A stretch of 64,000 nt of DNA from Callorhinchus milii (Eukaryota): positions 68,574,001 to 68,638,000 of the forward strand of contig NW_024704743.1 in NCBI RefSeq assembly GCF_018977255.1, read 5' to 3'. The translations under genes and the position numbers were made by a program. This document shows, piece after piece, positions 60,768 through 64,000 of the stretch. How positions within the stretch are numbered: the stretch's first letter is position 1; every line of letters starts with the position of its first letter. The notes under the pieces are model-generated. The model saw only the letters and a list, made by a program, of their open reading frames with translations. It was not told where the DNA came from and searched no databases.

Positions 60768-61849
60768 TGGGGGAAAGCTCTGTGAATTTATTCGGTGACA
60801 AAGATGGGCATGGCCAATCATGTGTTAAAGCAGTGTAGAAGTATGGCGCTCTCAATAAAGAAGCATATTATTAGTAAAGTACACTTATTACCAAGCACAC
60901 AGTGTAATTTCCAGGGAAGAAAGTGTGGCTTCTCGGAAATACTGACAGAGACTACTTTGTTATTCATACCCAGAAAGTTATGCATAACAATGCATGAATG
61001 CTGTTACTAAGCTTCAATGCATTGACAACCTAGTTAGTATTTATGACCAGAAGTTTGCTATACATCCATTTTATGGTGCTCGGTAACATAATTTGAACCC
61101 AAGAACACTATGAAGGGGCTTGCATTGATGAGCATTGTAAAGTGTCTTGTACATTGAAACAGTGTGAGGAGGCTCTGCTCACAGGTTAATCGAGATCACC
61201 TACACTGTTTTGAGGCTGTAAATCGAAGTCAGTCCAAACCCAGCAATACAAAACTAACGTAGCAGAGTTTGGAGGAGATAAATAAAAGTAATAATAATCC
61301 TTACATTTCACATAGAGCCTTATCAGGTTGTCAGAATGATTCAAAAGCTTCATAAAGTTTATCATAGATACTATAACTTGATATAGCATTTGAATAAAAC
61401 TGTATAGATGATTTCAAACAAAGTAGTCAGAAATCGGTTATGTTCTCCACAAAATCAGAGTGTTTGGAAAGCCAAGATACAGTAATGTGCCTACAGTGTA
61501 AGCTTCTTGTAAGTTATATGAGATGTGACTGTTGCATGATCCAGCTATCATTTTATCGGAGCCTCTCAATTGTACTTACTTACCAAATTAGTTTTCATCC
61601 CTTGTCAAACTCTGGGATGACTGTTTATAAGTGTGTTCTGGTTGTCACTGCTGTGACCTTCATTACAAAGTTAACTACAACTGCTGTGCATGTTTTTTAA
61701 AAAGGCAAATGAATATCCACCACCCTGAACAGCTCGCATGATCGTTGCCAAACTAGCACACACTATCTTTTGTAAACTTACGTTTGTAAAGCGCCTTTCA
61801 AGTCAGGAGGACGTCCCAAGGCACTAGGGCTGATGAGGTAATTGAAGAC

Positions 61850-62180
61850 TACAGCTCTGTTTCCCTCCCTCCACCCTCAACTCCAGGATCACTGTTGTCC
61901 TCGTGGACTGTCTGTTAGACATCATGTCCTGGATAAGAGCTGACTTTCTGCAACATCTCCACAACATTGCCCGGCTCTGCCACTGCCTCTTTCAGGCCAC
62001 CGAGATCCACAATGCAAGGATTATTATTATTATTCATCACTTCTAGGCTTGATTACACCAACTCCCTACTTGTCGGTCTTCCCAACTTGCCTTTGGTTAC
62101 CCTCCTGCCCCCACCCTCTCTGACCTCTACCCCTCCTGATCCCAACCACTAGCTCAGGTGCAAATCCTTGACTGAGTTCC
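61850..62180 (+). mobile_element. Fragmented L2 with a SINE-tail micro-insertion at about 62010-62033
   Basis: DIMSWIRADFLQ and FITSRLDYTNSLLVGLP; AATGCAAGGATTATTATTATTATT inserted between them. Confidence 0.75.
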
Positions 62181-62771
62181 CAAAAGTGGTTTCACTGGTT
62201 TCTTAGTGGTCACATCTGCCAACATCTCTCACACTCAGCATCAAAGGCTTTGCAATTAGAACTGGGAAAATATGTGCCAACTCAGCCTTGTTCGGTGCAG
62301 AGGAGCAGACAATGTCTCGATTTGTCACAAACACAGGGTTTGGAATTTCACTTTTTTTAACCTGACTGAAGGCCTGAACAATTCAAAAAGAATATCAGGC
62401 GAGACACCAAAATATGCTGCTGATTATACGATTGACAAGTGAAAACCTCAAACGTCTGGAAACAAACACACAAAGTTACGCTGCTGTCTTCAGAGACATG
62501 TTAATACCAGCACTGAAGCCTGGCCAAGCCAGATTTCACAGTTACTGCAGTTTGCCGACATAATCGGCTTAATCGTATACTGTGAACAAGAAGAAACAAA
62601 TGCTTCTGTAGCCCTGAGAATCCTTTGAATCTCTGTGTTTAGATTGTAATCTTGAATAGGCTTGTCATTCACTGTAGCAAAAAGTTAAACGTTCCTTTGG
62701 AACCACAGTAACCAGATTTTACACAGTACCTTTAACGTGAACTGAAATAAGATAAAATAAGCTGGTTATTT

Positions 62772-63408
62772 TGTCCAGGAACGCCTTCCTCCATCTCCAT
62801 CCGTACCTTACCCCAAATGCAGCCGAAACCCTTGTGCACGTGTTTGTCACCACCCGCCTGGATTACTCAAATGCACTCCTCGCTGGTCTCCCCAGCTTCA
62901 CCATTTACAAGCTCCAGCTCATTGAGAACTCTGCTGCCCACATACTGACTCGGACCAAACTCCATACCCACATCTCACCAGTTCTGGTCAGGCTCCACTG
63001 GCTCCCCATCACCGAACTGATCGACCTCAAGATCCTCACATTCGTGTTCAAATCCCTTCATTCCCTGGCACCTCCCTACCTCTGAAACCTCCTCAATCCC
63101 CAAACAACCACCTAGAGCCTCCGCTCAACTAGCTCCGACCTCCTGCTCGCCCCTCACATCCTCCGCTCCACCATTGGAGGTAGCGCTTTCAGCCGCTATG
63201 CCCTGAAGCTCTGGAACACTCTCCCTCAATCCCTCCACTTTACCCTCTTTCTCCCCTTTTTCAAGTCCCACTTGAAAACCTTCCTTTTCGACCGTATTTA
63301 CAGTCATCTCCCCCATCTCCGGCTCGGAGTCAGGCTCCACCACTGTTAAGCGCTCTGGGACGCTACCTTGCATGGAGGGCGCTATATAAGTGCAAGTTGT
63401 TGTTCTTG
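62772..63408 (+). mobile_element. 5'-truncated L2 LINE
   Basis: [55 protein letters not shown]; tail GCGCTATATAAGTGCAAGTTGTTGTT. Confidence 0.95.
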
Positions 63409-63834
63409 TAGTTATGATATTTTTCAGCCTGTCTGTAATTAAAACCAACAATTGCTTGTACTAATTTTGAACATTGATGTTTACTTTGTTATTAATATAA
63501 ATAATGTTTTTAAAAATCCTTCTCTTGTTGGTGTAACAACTGGAACACCTGGAGGAAATAACTCCAAAGGCTCCAAGACTCTTCCCAACACAGGTCTAAT
63601 AACACAGAAGCTGGCTATAAACTTAGTCAACACCTATTTTTAAATTTACTTTTATTCCAGAGAAACTGCACCAACCAGTGCTGTGAAGTGCCTGACTGAT
63701 TTATTTATAAAAAGCCCTGTGATTGGAAATACTGCACTGTTTACATTGGAAAGTTGGTGGTAAAAGGGAGGGGTGTAGAATGCACAGGCACTGATTTCTT
63801 GTCAGCTTTCCTGCGGCCTATATTTGTAAAGTCA

Positions 63835-63900
63835 CTATAAGGCGCTCTGGGAAGGTGCCCCCTGTGCAGGACGCTATATAAATGCAAGTTGTTTTGTTGT
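63835..63900 (+). mobile_element. L2 tail fragment
   Basis: GCGCTCTGGGAAG...GGACGCTATATAAATGCAAGTTGTTTTGTTG. Confidence 0.7.
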
Positions 63901-64000
63901 ATCAACCCTGCGAGGGTTACTTGTAAATTGCTTTTCACAAGCCTGGTACTAACAGCCTTTCCTTCTCTATTGCTGGGGGTTCTGAGCTGTGCCAGCAAGT

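Overview
This is AT-rich vertebrate genomic DNA, intronic or intergenic, and not prokaryotic: there are no operons, rRNA genes or CRISPR arrays. The repeat content points to a cartilaginous fish, probably a holocephalan such as the elephant shark; this is inferred from the repeat types and not verified. A large part of the window is retroposon debris. It includes about 18 L2-clade LINE fragments, older Deu-domain SINEs, a younger tRNA-headed SINE family whose (ATT)n tail and 3' stem-loop match the L2 tail, one CR1-type tail and AmnSINE2-like relics. Most long ORFs in the track are LINE/SINE read-through or chance, and I recognise no host protein-coding gene. Several plus-strand exon-like segments (about 5.3k, 15.7k, 32.5k, 45.5k, 56.3k and 60.4k) may belong to a large-intron transcript, but support is weak. 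The most interesting signals are: two exon-like cassettes 55 kb apart with similar start and donor contexts; a coding-like non-repeat ORF at 60.4-60.8k; an E-box/MCAT-like array of about 32 bp period; SINE subfamily succession with a tail matched to the young L2; inverted SINE pairs able to form dsRNA; exact short locally templated duplications; and several unexplained inverted repeats. Repeat boundaries are approximate (read by eye). I could not establish a new biological system.
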